Below, piece by piece: positions 14,331-27,819 of a stretch of DNA of 64,000 nucleotides. Positions within the stretch are counted from its first letter, which is position 1, and each line of letters begins with the position of its first letter. The notes below the pieces were generated by a model that had not been told where the DNA came from, did not search any database, and saw only the letters and a list, made by a program, of their open reading frames with translations. Source of the DNA: Vicugna vicugna (taxonomy: Eukaryota). The stretch is taken from contig MU058781.1 in assembly GCA_013265495.1 (NCBI GenBank), forward strand, positions 7,359,009 to 7,423,008, given 5' to 3'. The position numbers were made by a program, and so were the translations under genes.

Positions 14331-15239
14331 TTTTGGTATGTATATTTAATATTACACCATCCAATTTCTGTCTAATAGCAATTTATTGAAATCACTTGTC
14401 CTTGTCGACTCCCATTTTCTTCATAGTTTTCGATTTATACCTTTGTTTTTAACTGTCGTTTACGGAGTCAGAAGTGGGAGAAGAGAAAATACTTGTGTTC
14501 ATTCCTCTGTCCTAAGTTGAAGGCTACCACTTGTGACTTTTAATGTCATTTAAGATAGTTATTTATTTATATTATGGAAATTTGTTGAGGGCCAAATATA
14601 TGTTGTGTGAGTACATAGGAATTTTTAAATGAATTAAATATTCTTTTCCCTAAAAAAATGTGTGTAAATGTGAGCGATAATATGTTGGTAAATGATCATT
14701 AAACTCTATAATTCACACTATTATCAAGGTAAATAAAAGTTTGTGAAGTTTACTTTCTGATAAATTCATCATAAATTTTAAGATTAATCTTCAGAAACTA
14801 TCGCTTTAAGATGATAGTTCTCAAATCTATGTATGTCACCTGGGGAGCTTCTGAGTCAGAATTGCTTGGAGTGGATCTCAGGCATTTGCTGTTTAAAACA
14901 AAAACAAAACTCCAGGAAGTCCAGGTGCTCTGTTAGGCTGGACTACTTTTGCTTTGAGCATAACATCTCCTTGTTCACAAGGCTATAGTTCCTTTGTATT
15001 GCTTACGGAATATATTCTAAAATTCTTGGCTTGGCATTGCAGCTAACAATTACATTTTCAAGACTTCTCTCCCTCCTTAACCAAACCCTTTAGTTTGATT
15101 GGACATGTCACTATTTCCTGTCTAGTATATTTGCAATTTGTTTCTGCCCATGAAATTCTAGCTTCCCATTATTTCTTATCTACTGTTCAGATCTCATTTT
15201 GCCATAAATATTTTCCTGTTCATACAAGTAGACTCTGGG

Positions 15240-16890
15240 TCCTCAGCCTGAATTTTCAATATATTTTCATATCATTTTGGAATGCTTATATGAGACAGAC
15301 AAAGGAAATCACTGAATGCACATGGATAAATTGGACAGTCTCTGAACATGAGGATTTTCAGGCTATTAGGAAAAGAGACAATGATACAGCAGTAATACAA
15401 CAGTATCTTAATTGCCATCTGAGCTGCTTCTTGAAGGGTGAGTCTAACTTATATAGATAATGAAGATAGAATAGAGGGAGAAGATAATTCAGGCAGAAAG
15501 GGAGGTATGTAAAAAACCATAGAAATGGGAGCGAATATGTTATATTAGGGTAATCACAAGTAGAACACTTAGGTATATTCCGGGGTCACCAAAAATGATG
15601 AAACTGGAGAATTTAACAGGGGAAGACATTAAGAAAGGCCTTGTAGGTGTTAGCAAGGAATCTTATAAGAAATGGGAAACCATTGATGGATTATAAAGTG
15701 AGGGGAGTGAAATTATCTGCTTGAATTTTATAAATCTGTATCTCTGGAATAAGCATGGGGATTGTTCTTCTTCTTCCCCTTCTTCCCCTTCTTCCCCTTC
15801 TTCCCCTTCTCCTCCTTCTCCTTCTCCCTCTCCCTCTCCTCCTCCTCCTCCTCCTCCTCCTCCTCCTCCTCCTCCTCCTCCTCCTCCTCCTCCTCCTCCT
15901 CCTCCTCCTCCTCCTCCTCCTCCTCCTCCTCCTCCTCCTCCTCCTCCTCCTCCTCCTCCTTCTTCTTCTTCTTCTTCTTCTTCTTCTCCTTCTTCTTCTT
16001 CTTCTCCTTCTCCTTCTCCTTCTTCTTCTCCTTCTCCTTCTCCTTCTTCTTCTCCTTCTTCTGTAAAACTAGAGATAGTACAAACAGATAAAAGGTTATT
16101 AAAGTGATTGAGATGACAGATGATGGAGACATGGATATCTGAACCAAAGCGCTGGCAGTGAAGATTAAGAGGAGGAGACAGATTAGAGGTTAACTAAAGA
16201 AAATTAAAAAGAGGAGGTGTAAATGTTTTCAAGAGGTGAGTGAGAACCTGGTTTGGTAGTGGTATTATTCCTGGAGAAATAGAACGTTAGATCATAAAGA
16301 AATTTGTAACAAAAAAGAGAATGTGTTTACTTCTGGAATTATTGATTTTAAGACGTGTAGTTGCTTTCAAATTTGAATTTGTAGTAGGCAGTTGAATATA
16401 CAGATCTGGAGTTTAAATCAGAATCAGGGTGAAGGTACTGATATGTGAGGTAATGTGATGCTTTCAAATTGATAGGATAAAAAGAACCAAGGAGAGTATG
16501 TGATGGCAGAACTTGGATAAATGCTGACATTTAAGGCACAAGTAGACAAAGATGAAGCCACACAGGAACATGGGTATAACTGGCCAGAAAAATCAGGGAA
16601 AATGGAACACAGTGTTTATTATAGACATCATGAAAATAGAGAATCTCAGTAAATTAGGAATAGCCAAGTGCAAAATCCACAGAGGAATTCTACAAGTGAA
16701 AAATTTAAAGGCAACAACAAATTAGATTTAGCAACCAGGAGTTTATTGGTCACTTGGTAAGAGTAATTTCAGTGGAGTGGGAAGGGTGAAATTAGAGTCT
16801 AGTGTTTTGAAGAGAGAGCACTATATGGGAAAATAAGGATAGTCAATGTAGAAAACTCTTTCCAGAAGCTCTGCTGAGAAAGGAGGAAGG
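15240..16890 (-). mobile_element. L2 LINE remnant hosting the microsatellite
   Basis: Antisense L2 motifs: ggcagttgaatatacagatctggag; ttggtcacttggtaagagtaatttcagtggagtgg; tgtagaaaactctttccagaagctctgctgagaaagg. Confidence 0.7.
15765..16062. repeat. Compound pyrimidine microsatellite: (TTCTTCCCC)n, (CCT)41, (CTT)n, (CTTCTC)n
   Basis: Directly visible; uninterrupted CCT from 15838 to 15960. Confidence 0.98.
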
Positions 16891-19876
16891 AGAAATTAAA
16901 AAGATGGCAATTCATACTTTATGAAGCTCTACATGCATCTACTTCAGAACACCAGTGAATTGAGCTTAAGCATACGGCCCAGGCAAGATGAGGCCTAAGG
17001 ACCCGTTCTCGTCCTCTATCTAAGACTGAGTAATACCACCAGTTACAACGTGTAGCCAAAATAAAGAAGGCAGAGTAAGTAGTTCAGCTTGGGTTCTGGT
17101 GACACAGATGGAAGATGAAGATGAATAGAGAGCTACAGTGCGGTGCACGACTTTTAACCACAGCGATCGCTCTTCATAGAAAATGTGGGCAAATCAATAT
17201 CTTGGTGTCCCCAGAGGAGGGAAGGAAGCAGTGTTAGAAGGGAGAACCTGGAGAAGGTCCTCTTCTTAGATGCTGACACGTAGGGTAAGATAAATCATTT
17301 TTTTTGTATGTAATTTAAAAATTCACACTATGTTAGCATATTAAATTATCTGGATAAGGCTTATTCCATTCAGACTGAGACTAATGGCTTTTTAAGCTTC
17401 ATTTAATAAAGGGTTTCTATAGCTAAAAAAAGAATAAGTGAAAAATCACTTCTTTAGAAAGTATGTAGCTAAAATAGCGATATAAAGGTGAAATAAAAGA
17501 CAAAATCATAGGAAATAAGGAGAGTTGAAAGGTATTGGCATAGATAACCTGTAATATTTGAAAATTTTTACAGATATCACTGCTTTCAAATAAAGGAAAA
17601 TATTCAGAGTGTGTTCTCACAGTGTGAATGACAACATCCATCACGGTTAAGTTTGGCCGGGTTCCTGGCTCTTTCATGCTCAGAGAGTTTAATCTCTATG
17701 TGTTTATGAGTATGATACCAAGAGGCGCTCACTGACAAAAAGCTGTGCTTTGCACAGTTTACTAAAACTTTTGTACCATTATAGATGGACTACATCCATA
17801 GGGAAGAAAGCAGAGAGAGTACAGAGACAGAGAAGGGTAGCCAGGCCTTAAGTAGAAACTTAGCAAGCAATCACTGTGAGTGAAACACATCCATAAGAAA
17901 GGGCGATGGGCCATTTTCTTGGACCCAACTTTTACTGCTTCCTGTAACATGTCACGTATCACGTATGTACACTAATTTAATTTTATCTTAAAGTAATAAT
18001 ATACACATAAAACTAGCCATTAAATGTAAAACAGTGAAGTAATTTGCAAATTTTCCTACGGCATAATAAATTAAGCATGGAGAACACTAGGAATGCAATT
18101 TGCAGTCATTTATAATGCAGCATTTTATGTTAATAATTCAAAATCACATGCTATTTGGAGACACTTCTAATTAATGTATTTATGAAATTGTCAACTGTGA
18201 CTGTTTGGGTTCCATTTAGCTAAACATTTCAACAGAATTTGCTTGTTGTTATTTAGTGTTTGCTTGATGGCTCTTTTTCCTCATTGTTAAAACTTCTTTC
18301 TGATCACACCTCCAGACAACTCAAGTCAATGACTGCCTTCTCCTCTAGCACCAAACCCAGATGCTTCAGACACTTTGTTTAAAAGTTTTAAATGGAAGGG
18401 AGATGAGTGCCTGGATCAATAATTAATTGAAGAGGAAAGTTCATACCTTGTTAAAGAGTCGTTTAATATTAAATACATTTCATGTCTCAAATCCATAGAC
18501 ACTGACATTTCTTTAGAGTTGATAATCATGCCTGTTAGGGGCCATTTCTTTATATTACCATCTTTATTTGGATGGTTTTGAACATGAGGAGAAGACTAAA
18601 TATTCATAAGTTGGCTTGTTGAAGGTTTATGATAATTGGAATTTGTCCAAGCAAAGTTTAATCCTCCTGAGGGTATTTCAGTAAAACTGAAGAACAAAAC
18701 GATCTCAAGACCAAATGTAGTTAAAGTGGAAATTCAGAATTGACTGTAGTGGTACCAGTGGTACCCTGTGCATTAATAATAAGGAAACCCTACTGGCTTG
18801 CTTTCTTGTTCTATATCCAGATGAGTCAAATATTAATGTTTTAGTTTTAGAGATTCTGTGAGATTTTGTGATCTAAATAGAAGTGGACATATCCTTTTTT
18901 TTTAACCAAGAGAGAAATGTTTTCCATCCTTCACTTGGATTACTGATGTGTCTTGAATCTTACAGAATAATTTATACCCTCTGTGAGTCACATTCACAGT
19001 GTACATTATTGTCGCTCACTTGACAACAGTGGAAGCAGTGGTTGGACAACACCAGGCTTAGTCCCTGTAGCTGAAAATTGTCACATACGGAAAAGAGATA
19101 GAGGGGAAACTGTAAAGTGGCTTAGGTTTGGGAACACTCTCAGTTGGCCCTTGTGGTGTATTCATTTTTGAAATTCTATCAAAGTTATCATTTTCATATC
19201 TAAAACTTACTAACTGATTATGCAATGGACAGGAATGCTGAATAATGTGACATTGGGGAAAAAACCCAATACTATACTGATGATTGTGGGAATATTCAAA
19301 ATATTTGATAAACTTTGAAAGTATGTTGTGGGTTTTGACAAGAAAACCAATTACATTATAAATGCACAAGGGAAGGATTTTTAACCACAGAATGTTCTTT
19401 TAAAATTATGAATTTAAGAAGTTTATTCTGTTGTCAAAAGAAAAAACTCATAAAATACCAAGATATTACAGAAACAATGAAATAATTTTATTTCTGAAAA
19501 ACTTTAATGATAAAGCGCTCATCTGGAAAAATATGAAAGATAAGTACATTTTTCATGCCTTAAAATTAGGCATCACCAAAATACTGTGCAATATTTTAAC
19601 TGATAAAACATATAGAAATCTGAACCTCTGGCTTTTATGTTTTTATTTCCTTTTCCTCTCTATAAAATAACTTCAAAGAACTTAAAGATGCTTTTTTGCG
19701 TTTTCCATAGAGTTTTAAGGGATTTTACCTGGGACCTGAAACTAGAATGAAATATTAGTAATGTCAGATCAGTTTAGTGATAAAACTAGTCTCTATCATT
19801 GGCAACTGGATCAGGGGCCCCAAAAACTTCTGTATAACAGTGGGCAGAACTCATTTCAGAGTCATTCTAAGTTACC

Positions 19877-19936
19877 TCTGTTCCTAGTTTTGTACAATTC
19901 AGTCTGTCTGTTTTTAGTTTTGTACAATTCAGTCTG
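19877..19936. repeat. 30-bp tandem duplication
   Basis: tctgtt(cc/tt)tagttttgtacaattcagtctg occurs twice. Confidence 0.9.
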
Positions 19937-20189
19937 CTATTTCCCAAAACTCTTAAGTTGAATGGAAGAAGTCAGGTACCAAATTGTATGTACTGTGTGG
20001 TTCCATTTATATGAAGTTCAATATAAGGCAAAACTAAATATGGTGACAGAACTTGGAATAATGGTTTCCTTAAGAGACAAGTGAATAGTGACAGGGAAAT
20101 TTGTGCTGATTCACAAATCAAAGATCATAAATAATGTGTTATATATTCCTTTCAAAATATGTAAATCCAAATATTATTACAAATATATT

Positions 20190-20950
20190 GAGACGTATTG
20201 ATGTTAGGTACATAAATATTTACAATTGTTATACCTTGTTGATGAATTGACCCTTTTATGATTATATAGTGACTGTCTATGTCTTTTGTTATAGTCTTTG
20301 ATGTAAATCTATCTTGTCCAAGTATAGCAACTCATGCATTATTTTGGTTTTCATTTACATGAAATATCTTTCTATATTTTTCAGTCTATGTGTGACCTTG
20401 AGGCTAAAGTGAGTCTCTTTTAGGCAACATATAGCTGGGTCTTGTTTTCTTATCCATTCAACCACTCTGTGCCTTTTGATTGGATAATTTATTAAATTTA
20501 CATTTAAAATGGCTATTGCTAGATAAAGGCTTACTGTTGCCATTTTGTTAATAGTTTTCTCAATGTTTTAAAAATTCTTTGTTTTTTCTTCCCCTATTGC
20601 TGTCTTCCTTTGTGCTTAGGTGGTTTTTTGCTTTTTTTATATATATCCACTATGGATTTTTGCTTTGCAGTTACCTTAGGCTTATGTATAACATCTTACA
20701 GCCGTAACAGTCTATTTTAAGTGTACCAACTTCACTTTAAAAAGCTCTACACTTACCCTCCACACACATTTTATTGTTTTGGTGTCATAATTTACATCTT
20801 TTTGTATTCTGAATCCATTAACAAATTGTGTCCACAGTTATTTTTAATACTTTTGTCTTTTAACCTTTACACTGGCATTAAAAGTGATCTGCTCACTATT
20901 ATTACAACATTAGACTATTCTGAATTTTACTGTATGTTCTCCTTTACCAG
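20190..20950 (-). mobile_element. L1 fragment covering the ORF2 endonuclease N-terminus and upstream spacer
   Basis: ORF 20355-20543(-) ILNVNLINYPIKRHRVVEWIRKQDPAICCLKETHF matches the L1 endonuclease motif LNVNGLN.PIKR.R...WI...P.ICCLQETH. Confidence 0.9.
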
Positions 20951-21239
20951 TGACTTTGATCAACAGCATGCAAACATTACTTCCCCTGATCTGGACACGT
21001 ACTCCTGTCCCTTCCCCTATGCTGTCTCAGATGAGAGCCTGTCCTTTTATATATATATTCTGCCTTATGTATGGTTTTAAAATTTTTCATTTTTTTCTTT
21101 ACAATTTCTCCAATTCTTTGTTTTTTCTATTTTGTTAAAGAAATAATTATAAATTATTTAATAAATATAGCAGTCCTGTGACTTGGAAGAAATTTTGTAG
21201 CCTTTTTAGGTTTGTTCCTCTTCTACAAAATGAGGGTAT

Positions 21240-21557
21240 GAGTTGTCTGATAGAAATACAATATGAGCTACAAATGTAATTGAAAATATTCTAGTAGTTA
21301 CACTAAAAAAGTAAACAGAGAAACAGATGAAATTAATTTTTTAGTATATTTTAAACCCTGTGTGTTCAAAATATTATTTCAACATGTAGGTTAACTATAT
21401 AAAAGATACAGTTTATTAATGAGAAATACTATTTTATTTGTTCCATATTCATCTTTTGTACTAAATGTATTTTACACTTACAGTGTGTCTCAACTCAAAC
21501 TAGCCACATTTCAAATACTTAATAGCCACAGAAGTTAACTGTTTTGGCCAGTGCAAG
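21240..21557. mobile_element. hAT-Charlie MITE (MER33/MER3-like)
   Basis: gtctgatagaaatacaatatgagctaca...tagccacatttcaaatacttaatagccaca...ggccagtgca. Confidence 0.75.
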
Positions 21558-22368
21558 TCTGATCTCTGAGGGAAATTAAGATTATAATTGAACTTACTCA
21601 GTCTGCTAAATACCAACAAAGTTAATGTGGTGCTCGATGGACTATTCTTACTGTCATTGCCTTTATACTTTTAACACCTGTACTTAAGAGTACGTTTATA
21701 TTTCTTGGGTTCTTAAGCATTCTTTCCTCTTTTCTTCCTGGCCTTACTTAAAGTTATGCAGTCAAACTGCATCTATTGAAACCTCCTTTTGCACATAATC
21801 TATATTCCTCTCCATGATATTTTCTTCCCCTCTATCCTAAAATCAGCCTTCCTAAAATCTAGGTTGCATGTCTTTCAATTTCATATTGATAATTTCATTC
21901 CTCCTTGTCTGTCTGCATCTTATCCATAATGCCCCTTTGCTCCCTCTGTCTTCTGAAAGCTGAAATTGTCAGCAAGACATCAGATGCTCTACTTTTAGGA
22001 GAATAAGGCTCCAGTATATACCTCAATTAACAAAAGTCCCCCACTGATTCTTTATCTTGCTTCTGTGCCAGTTTTGTCATTTCTATTACAAAAAAAAATG
22101 TTATCTTGTAGCCTCTGTTTGTCTGAATTATATGCCCAGGTCTCTCAGAACAATATGACATTAGTTTTTCGCTTTTGTGTACTCATGAAACTGCTCAGAT
22201 GGTAAATTTAAATACAAGTATGTACATACCTTCCTTTCAATTTTGTGACTTTGAACTCAGACATAACCCTTTCATTTCAGACGTAAGTCCAGGCCAGCAG
22301 ATAATCAGTAGCAGATTCCAAACTTCAGTGCTGTGAGAGACCTAAGAATCCTATCAATTACATCCCTC

Positions 22369-22468
22369 ATTTTGTAAGATTTGGAAACTAAGGTCTAGAA
22401 AGTTTCTTCATGTTTGTATTTTGTAAGATTTGGAAACTAAGGTCTAGAAAGTTTCTTCATGTTTGTAT
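22369..22468. repeat. Perfect 49-bp tandem duplication inside a MIR-like remnant
   Basis: attttgtaagatttggaaactaaggtctagaaagtttcttcatgtttgt at 22369 and 22418. Confidence 0.95.
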
Positions 22469-22739
22469 ACATGAAGCCAACATCGAGGCTCTTTTGATAG
22501 CCCTTTGTTACAACTTAATTTCACTTTGTTACTTTTATAATTTTATCAGTTGGTAGACACCTAAGGCTACATTTTTGTCTTTCATTTGTACATAGAAGAC
22601 TTTTATCTGAAAATGCCTGGACACCACTTTCATTTTGCCAGTTCTTACTGTACACATAGTAAACATTTGAATAATGGAAAAGCGAATGTCACATCTATTC
22701 ACTTCTATAATACTCAGTTTTGCATGGACTTTAAAATCT

Positions 22740-23000
22740 GTCTTATTTTCTTTAAAACCTCTTTGATGATATCAGAGTAAAAAGTGGCCTCTCGGTGGCC
22801 CCCCAGGTAATATGTCATCCCTCATTTTCTGATCTTATCTGCTACCACTCCCCTCCTTGCTCAGTCAGCTCCAGCCACCTGGCCTCCTGGCTATTCCTCA
22901 AATACACTGAGCCCTTTTTTGCTTCAGAACATTTGCACTTTGGAGTTGCCTTCGCCTGGAGTATTCTTCCTGCGCTTCTCTAGAGGGCCCCTTGGCTTCT
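22740..23000 (+). mobile_element. L2 fragment
   Basis: ctccagccacctggcctcctggctattcctcaaatacactgag...tttgcactttggagttgccttcgcctgga, L2 3' region. Confidence 0.7.
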
Positions 23001-24959
23001 TCATCCCATCCTCACTTCAGCCCTCTAACCCTCTAATGCGCCCTGTGCAAACCAGCAGGCCTCTCCAAGTTACCTCCCGCCTCTGCCTCGCAGATACTCC
23101 TTCCCTCCCTGACCCTGCTTATGTCAAGAGCTACGTCAACTCCCTCCAGAACTGTGCTGTCAGCCTCTGGCTCAGGCCCCTCTAATCACTGGGAATCAGG
23201 TTCTGACGAAGGAACCTGTTTGTCAGTGCCTCGCTGTTCTTGTGTTCCCACCGCTCAGTCCATACTTTTGAAAAGCTCATATTCTTCCGACATGCAGTTC
23301 TCTCCCCTCCCCCCAGAATACTTTTTTTACTTTCTCACCTCCTTATCAAAGCAGTTCTGGCTCCTTGGTGGTGACAAATGTCTCCAAAGACATTTATTTC
23401 AGCCCAGGGTCTTTGCTTCGTATTTTACACGTGAAAGGCCCATTGGGGAGGCTTTCTCAGAATGAACAGAGGGCTGCTCAAATTAGTTATTCAAATGTAA
23501 AGGAGGTAAAATATTAAAATATATGCAGGTGTGACCTTTTCTTTTACTTCATTTTTTCAAGAAGATGCTTCATTTTCAGCTTTTTGGGCCTCCTGGGCCT
23601 TTTCTAAGCTGAACAGAACCAGAAAAAGCCAAAGGACTTCAGTTGGTCTGCTTGAGAAAAGGTGAGGGAGAGACAATGAAAGGTAGAAAGTCAGTGACAA
23701 CCAGATGGCTGAGGAATGAGGAGTTCTGAGGGGTTTAAACAGATTTTTAAAAAAGGAGTGGAGTTTTATGAAAAGAAAGATGTATCCAAAATTGATGTTA
23801 GGAATTCTTTCAAAGTGTGTGTGATATAGTCTCACTCTGCTTCTTCTAAAGAAATCTTTGGTATTCCTCTGTGATACATTAGAAATCCTCTTAGCCCAGA
23901 CAAGCTGATTAATTGGTAACTGGTTAATTAATTTTTTAAAAAAATATATGGTTATTGTAGGGACTGAAAAAAAGTGTTTCATAAGAGTTTTTATTTTAAA
24001 TTGGAAGTTCATACTTTGAGGCAAGGCCAAGAGCTATTGAGTTGGAGTCAACGACAAGACATCTGAATTATTCTACTTGTATAAACTCTACCCATAACTA
24101 GTCAACTTTAATCTTTATTTTCTTTATTTGGAGCAAGCCCTAAGAAGTACCTGGGAAATAATGTAGGTACAGAATAATTATATATTTTTACACAATTCCT
24201 AATCTTTAACAGTTGTCTTACCCACACCCAACCCAATAGCGATATTCTAAGCAATACTCAAGTATTACAAAGCATTCACTGTTTTCTTTTTCACTACAAC
24301 CAACAACTCTTTTACCTTATGCATTTCTCATTTCCTTGATTTATATAATAGTAAATTAAATGATCTAATCGCTGTAACAGGTACAAATGGTAAAAGCAGG
24401 TTTGGGGACAAACACTACTGACTCTAAGTGAGCAGACAACTGGTGGTAGGAGAAATACGTCACTGTACCAGAGAGTGGGACAGCATGCTGTCCGCAGCGA
24501 TCACTGTGCTATGGTTATAACAGAGTTTGATACAGAGAATGGAGAACATTGAGGCCAGTTCAGTGCTTCTCAGAGTCTGACTTGTGTTTCTTTTGGAAAA
24601 CATTGGCTTTGAATCCATCAGCTGTAATTGAGATTTCACAAATCTCCACCTCTTATAACACAGAGGATTGAATAAGGCTTTGGAAGTCCGTCATTTCTAG
24701 GGTTTATACTTGCCATCCAGGGTCAAAATATCATAGGACCAAGTTTTGCAAAACACAAATGAACATTGCATTCTGTGTTTCCACCAGTATCCTCCATAAG
24801 AAGGGATGTAATGTTAATAAAAGAACTATTTCTTCTTACACATCTAACTTCAGGTATAATGTCTTTTCTGTGTCTCACTTTGAACTCTGTATAAACTACA
24901 AATTTTTCTCAGTGTTTCTTGTAAATGATTTTTGAAATGTCTTCTTATACTAATTCTGG

Positions 24960-25200
24960 GGGAAGTAGCATGGCGTAATGGATTGAATAGGCTTAATCAG
25001 TTAGGCAAGCCTAAGTTTGGACCTATGGAATTATAGTCCTGTGATTTTTGAGCAGTTTGATTGAGCCTTGTTATCCTCACCTTTAAAACAAGTGTTAATA
25101 TAACCTAGATTGTAAAGTTGTGAGAATTAAATGACACAATATATGCAAAAGGCCTAGCACAGCGCCTGATGCAGAGTAGGCATTTGATCAATGCCAGCTG
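24960..25200 (+). mobile_element. MIR SINE
   Basis: gtagcatggcgtaatgg...gttgtgagaattaaatgacacaatatatgcaaaaggcctagcacagcgcctg. Confidence 0.8.
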
Positions 25201-25539
25201 TTTTCAGTAACCATCTTCCTCAGTCTTCAGTCCATCCCAGTGATGATGTTATCAGTTCCCCACATGTGTTAGGTATTAATGCCTGCTTAGCAACTTACTG
25301 TTTGAAAACTACCTTGGCAACGCACCAAGCAGTCATATGAAGCCAGAAGAATAGAAGACAGGATTGAAGGCATGAACCCACCTCCCACATCTGACTTACT
25401 CAGAGGTTTGCAAAAACACTTTGATGGCCTGCTTTAAAAGTACCAGCGAAGTAATGCCTTACATTGATATCCTTATATGATTTATGGTTTTGTTTTGATT
25501 TTTTATTTTTGCTTTTTATGGTTTAAGTGCCTCCTCCTT

Positions 25540-25870
25540 TCAATTGATTCCATTTGAAAAGATGGTTTATTTTAAAGGAAAGTGCTTTGGTTGTTTCAAG
25601 GGTCTGCAGTACATCAAACACATCTCCAAGGCCAGTGTAGAGTGTTCTTCATACACATTAAATAAAGCTTCTAACAGACTGCATTACTGGGCTCGCTCAG
25701 CTTGCTCTCCACAGCCAGTTTCAATTTCACTAAAAGGAAAGAATTGGTAATTAATTATCTCAGCCATGTAATGAGTTTCCATTACTTGGAATTCAATAAA
25801 GCTCTTTCATTGTGACCGGGCTGATCAATAGCACAGAAGGACTAATAGAAACCATAGATACAGCTGGGAT
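25540..25870. promoter_or_regulatory. Candidate conserved non-coding element
   Basis: Unique sequence with homeodomain/Sox-type cores (taattaatta, gtaatgag, tcattgt, atcaat); conservation not tested. Confidence 0.35.
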
Positions 25871-26079
25871 AATAGAATGGCTATAGGAAATTAGGCTGGG
25901 TCCCTGGAGCACTCTTTCTTCTCTCTAGGGAGTGGAATCTACTCAGTAGCTCCTTTTTTTTTTTTAGAAGACTCTGTGAGGCATTGAGAAATGAGTAGGC
26001 TATTATGTTACTGCACAAGCTAATGGAAATTACCTTTACAAAATCCATACACACTTGGAGCTGGCATGACTTTGGAGAT

Positions 26080-26640
26080 CATTTAGTTGTATTACTCATG
26101 GATCACCATGCCTTCTAGATGGCCATTTTTTTTTGTACCAAGTGATATCATCTTTTTCTTTAACACCAACCTCCTCATTCCCTGTCACTACTGATTAGAT
26201 CAAAGGGTGTAATTGATTTAAAAAAAAAAAACCAACCAATCCTTAGAATAGTAAGAGGCTTATGTAGTTGCCTACTGTAGAAAGACCTGAAAGACTAAAG
26301 GGATGTGGAAGAGGTAATTGATTTTCTGTGGAATTTCAGTCTGGGTCTAGGAGAGAATGTAATTGTTTAGCTGGGGTTTCAAACTGATAGCCCCTACAAA
26401 GTGTGGACTCATGAGGAAGGGTTAGGACAATGATTAAATCGCATTTGTAATGATGCCACCTGCCCAAGAAAGGAAAACCACACATTCCAGCATTCCAAGA
26501 GAGGCCACAGAGCACAGCTAATGCCTGAGAGTTTACTTGTTTTAGTGACAATCTGTTGTGTTTTCCTATGAGAATTCTGCTTTTTTAAGATAACTTGAGT
26601 AAGTCCCTGTTCCTTGCAATCAGATGATCCTAAGTAGAAC
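26080..26640 (+). mobile_element. Old MaLR LTR remnant (MLT1J/K-like)
   Basis: Degenerate; MaLR-like 3' end ttgagtaagtccctgttccttgcaatcagatgatcctaagtaga. Confidence 0.45.
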
Positions 26641-26785
26641 TCCGGTCCAATTCCTGCATTTCTCAAGTAATGAGCCAGTTGTGAGTAGTAGGGGTACAGG
26701 TAGATGTACAGGCAGAGGCAAAGGCAGAGGTGTACTGGCAGCATTACCACGGTTGCTGGAAGTTGTGCCAAGATGAGAACCTGGG

Positions 26786-27338
26786 TGCGGCAGATTGTAT
26801 TTTCCAAAGCTGACTACAAACATATCTCCTATCCTACATGCTCTTCGGCGCTGTGACCTTGCCAGTCCTCTACCAGGAAGCAGAGTGTATTTTACCTCTC
26901 CCTTGGATTTCGGGAAGGCTCTATGACTGCTTTGACCAATAGAATACAGCGCAAGTGACACTGTGCAGTTCTGGGTGTAGCTCTTATCTGACCTGGCAGC
27001 TTCTGCTTCCTCCTTCTTGGAAACCAGCATCATGCAAGAAGTATGACCTCCTTGAGGCCACAGTGCTGGAGACTCCTTGGATAATGAGATGCTGCATGGA
27101 AAGACGCACACACACACAGAGGGCACAAAGAGCACTGAGATGTCAGTTACTTTAGTAATTAGCCATTTTGAGGTGAATCCTCAGTCACCCCAGCTGATGG
27201 CACAGGGATGAGAGACAGAACTCTCAGCCAAGCTCTTTCCAAATCCCTGACACACAAAGTCATGAGCAAAATGGAGGAGCTACTTTGAACTACTGAGCTT
27301 TGGGTTACCTTCTTATGCAGCAGTAGGTACTTGAAACA
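26786..27338 (+). mobile_element. MaLR LTR (MLT1F/G/H-like)
   Basis: tgcggcagattgtattttccaaag...gactgctttgaccaatagaatacagcgcaagtgac...tatgcagcagtaggtacttgaaaca. Confidence 0.8.
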
Positions 27339-27819
27339 TTAGGTCACTTAGCTTTCGAGTGAGTTTTACGTCCACGGGGCCTCAGTTTTTATTGGAATAA
27401 AACAATACATTTCGCAACACATCCAAACAACTTTTTGAGCTAACAGTTTATTTGGTAGGTAGAAAAGCATGTGAATGTCGCGTTCAAGTCACAGGAATCA
27501 TTTCAGACAAAGGCTCAAATTACGTGACAGATGCAGTTTCATTAATCTTCATAACAACACCATGAAGGAAGGTATTGTTACTTCACTGTAGATTGGAAAC
27601 TATGAGAAATTTAGAAATATAGTCTCAAGATTCCACCATGTGTCAGTGGTACCAAATTTAAGACTTTCACATTGATGGTTACTTCCCTGGGTTCCAGTAG
27701 CTGGGGATGCTCATAGGAGTGTTCTTAGATGCGCATTCTATAAAATCAGTAATTTGTTATATTCTATTTGTGTTGCAAACTTGTGGTCAGTATCCTACTG
27801 GTTAGGAAGGACCAGCTTC

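Noticed and set aside
15721..16147. Poly-P, poly-E, poly-L and poly-S ORFs in four frames
   Set aside because: Stop-free read-through of the CCT/CTT microsatellite
23557..24030. 157-aa minus ORF and a plus-strand AG...GTGAG pseudo-exon near 23580-23661
   Set aside because: Non-ATG start, F/L/K-rich AT-bias composition, no recognisable domain
26409..27155. 132-aa and 171-aa ORFs
   Set aside because: Lie in MaLR LTR and short-repeat sequence with non-protein-like composition
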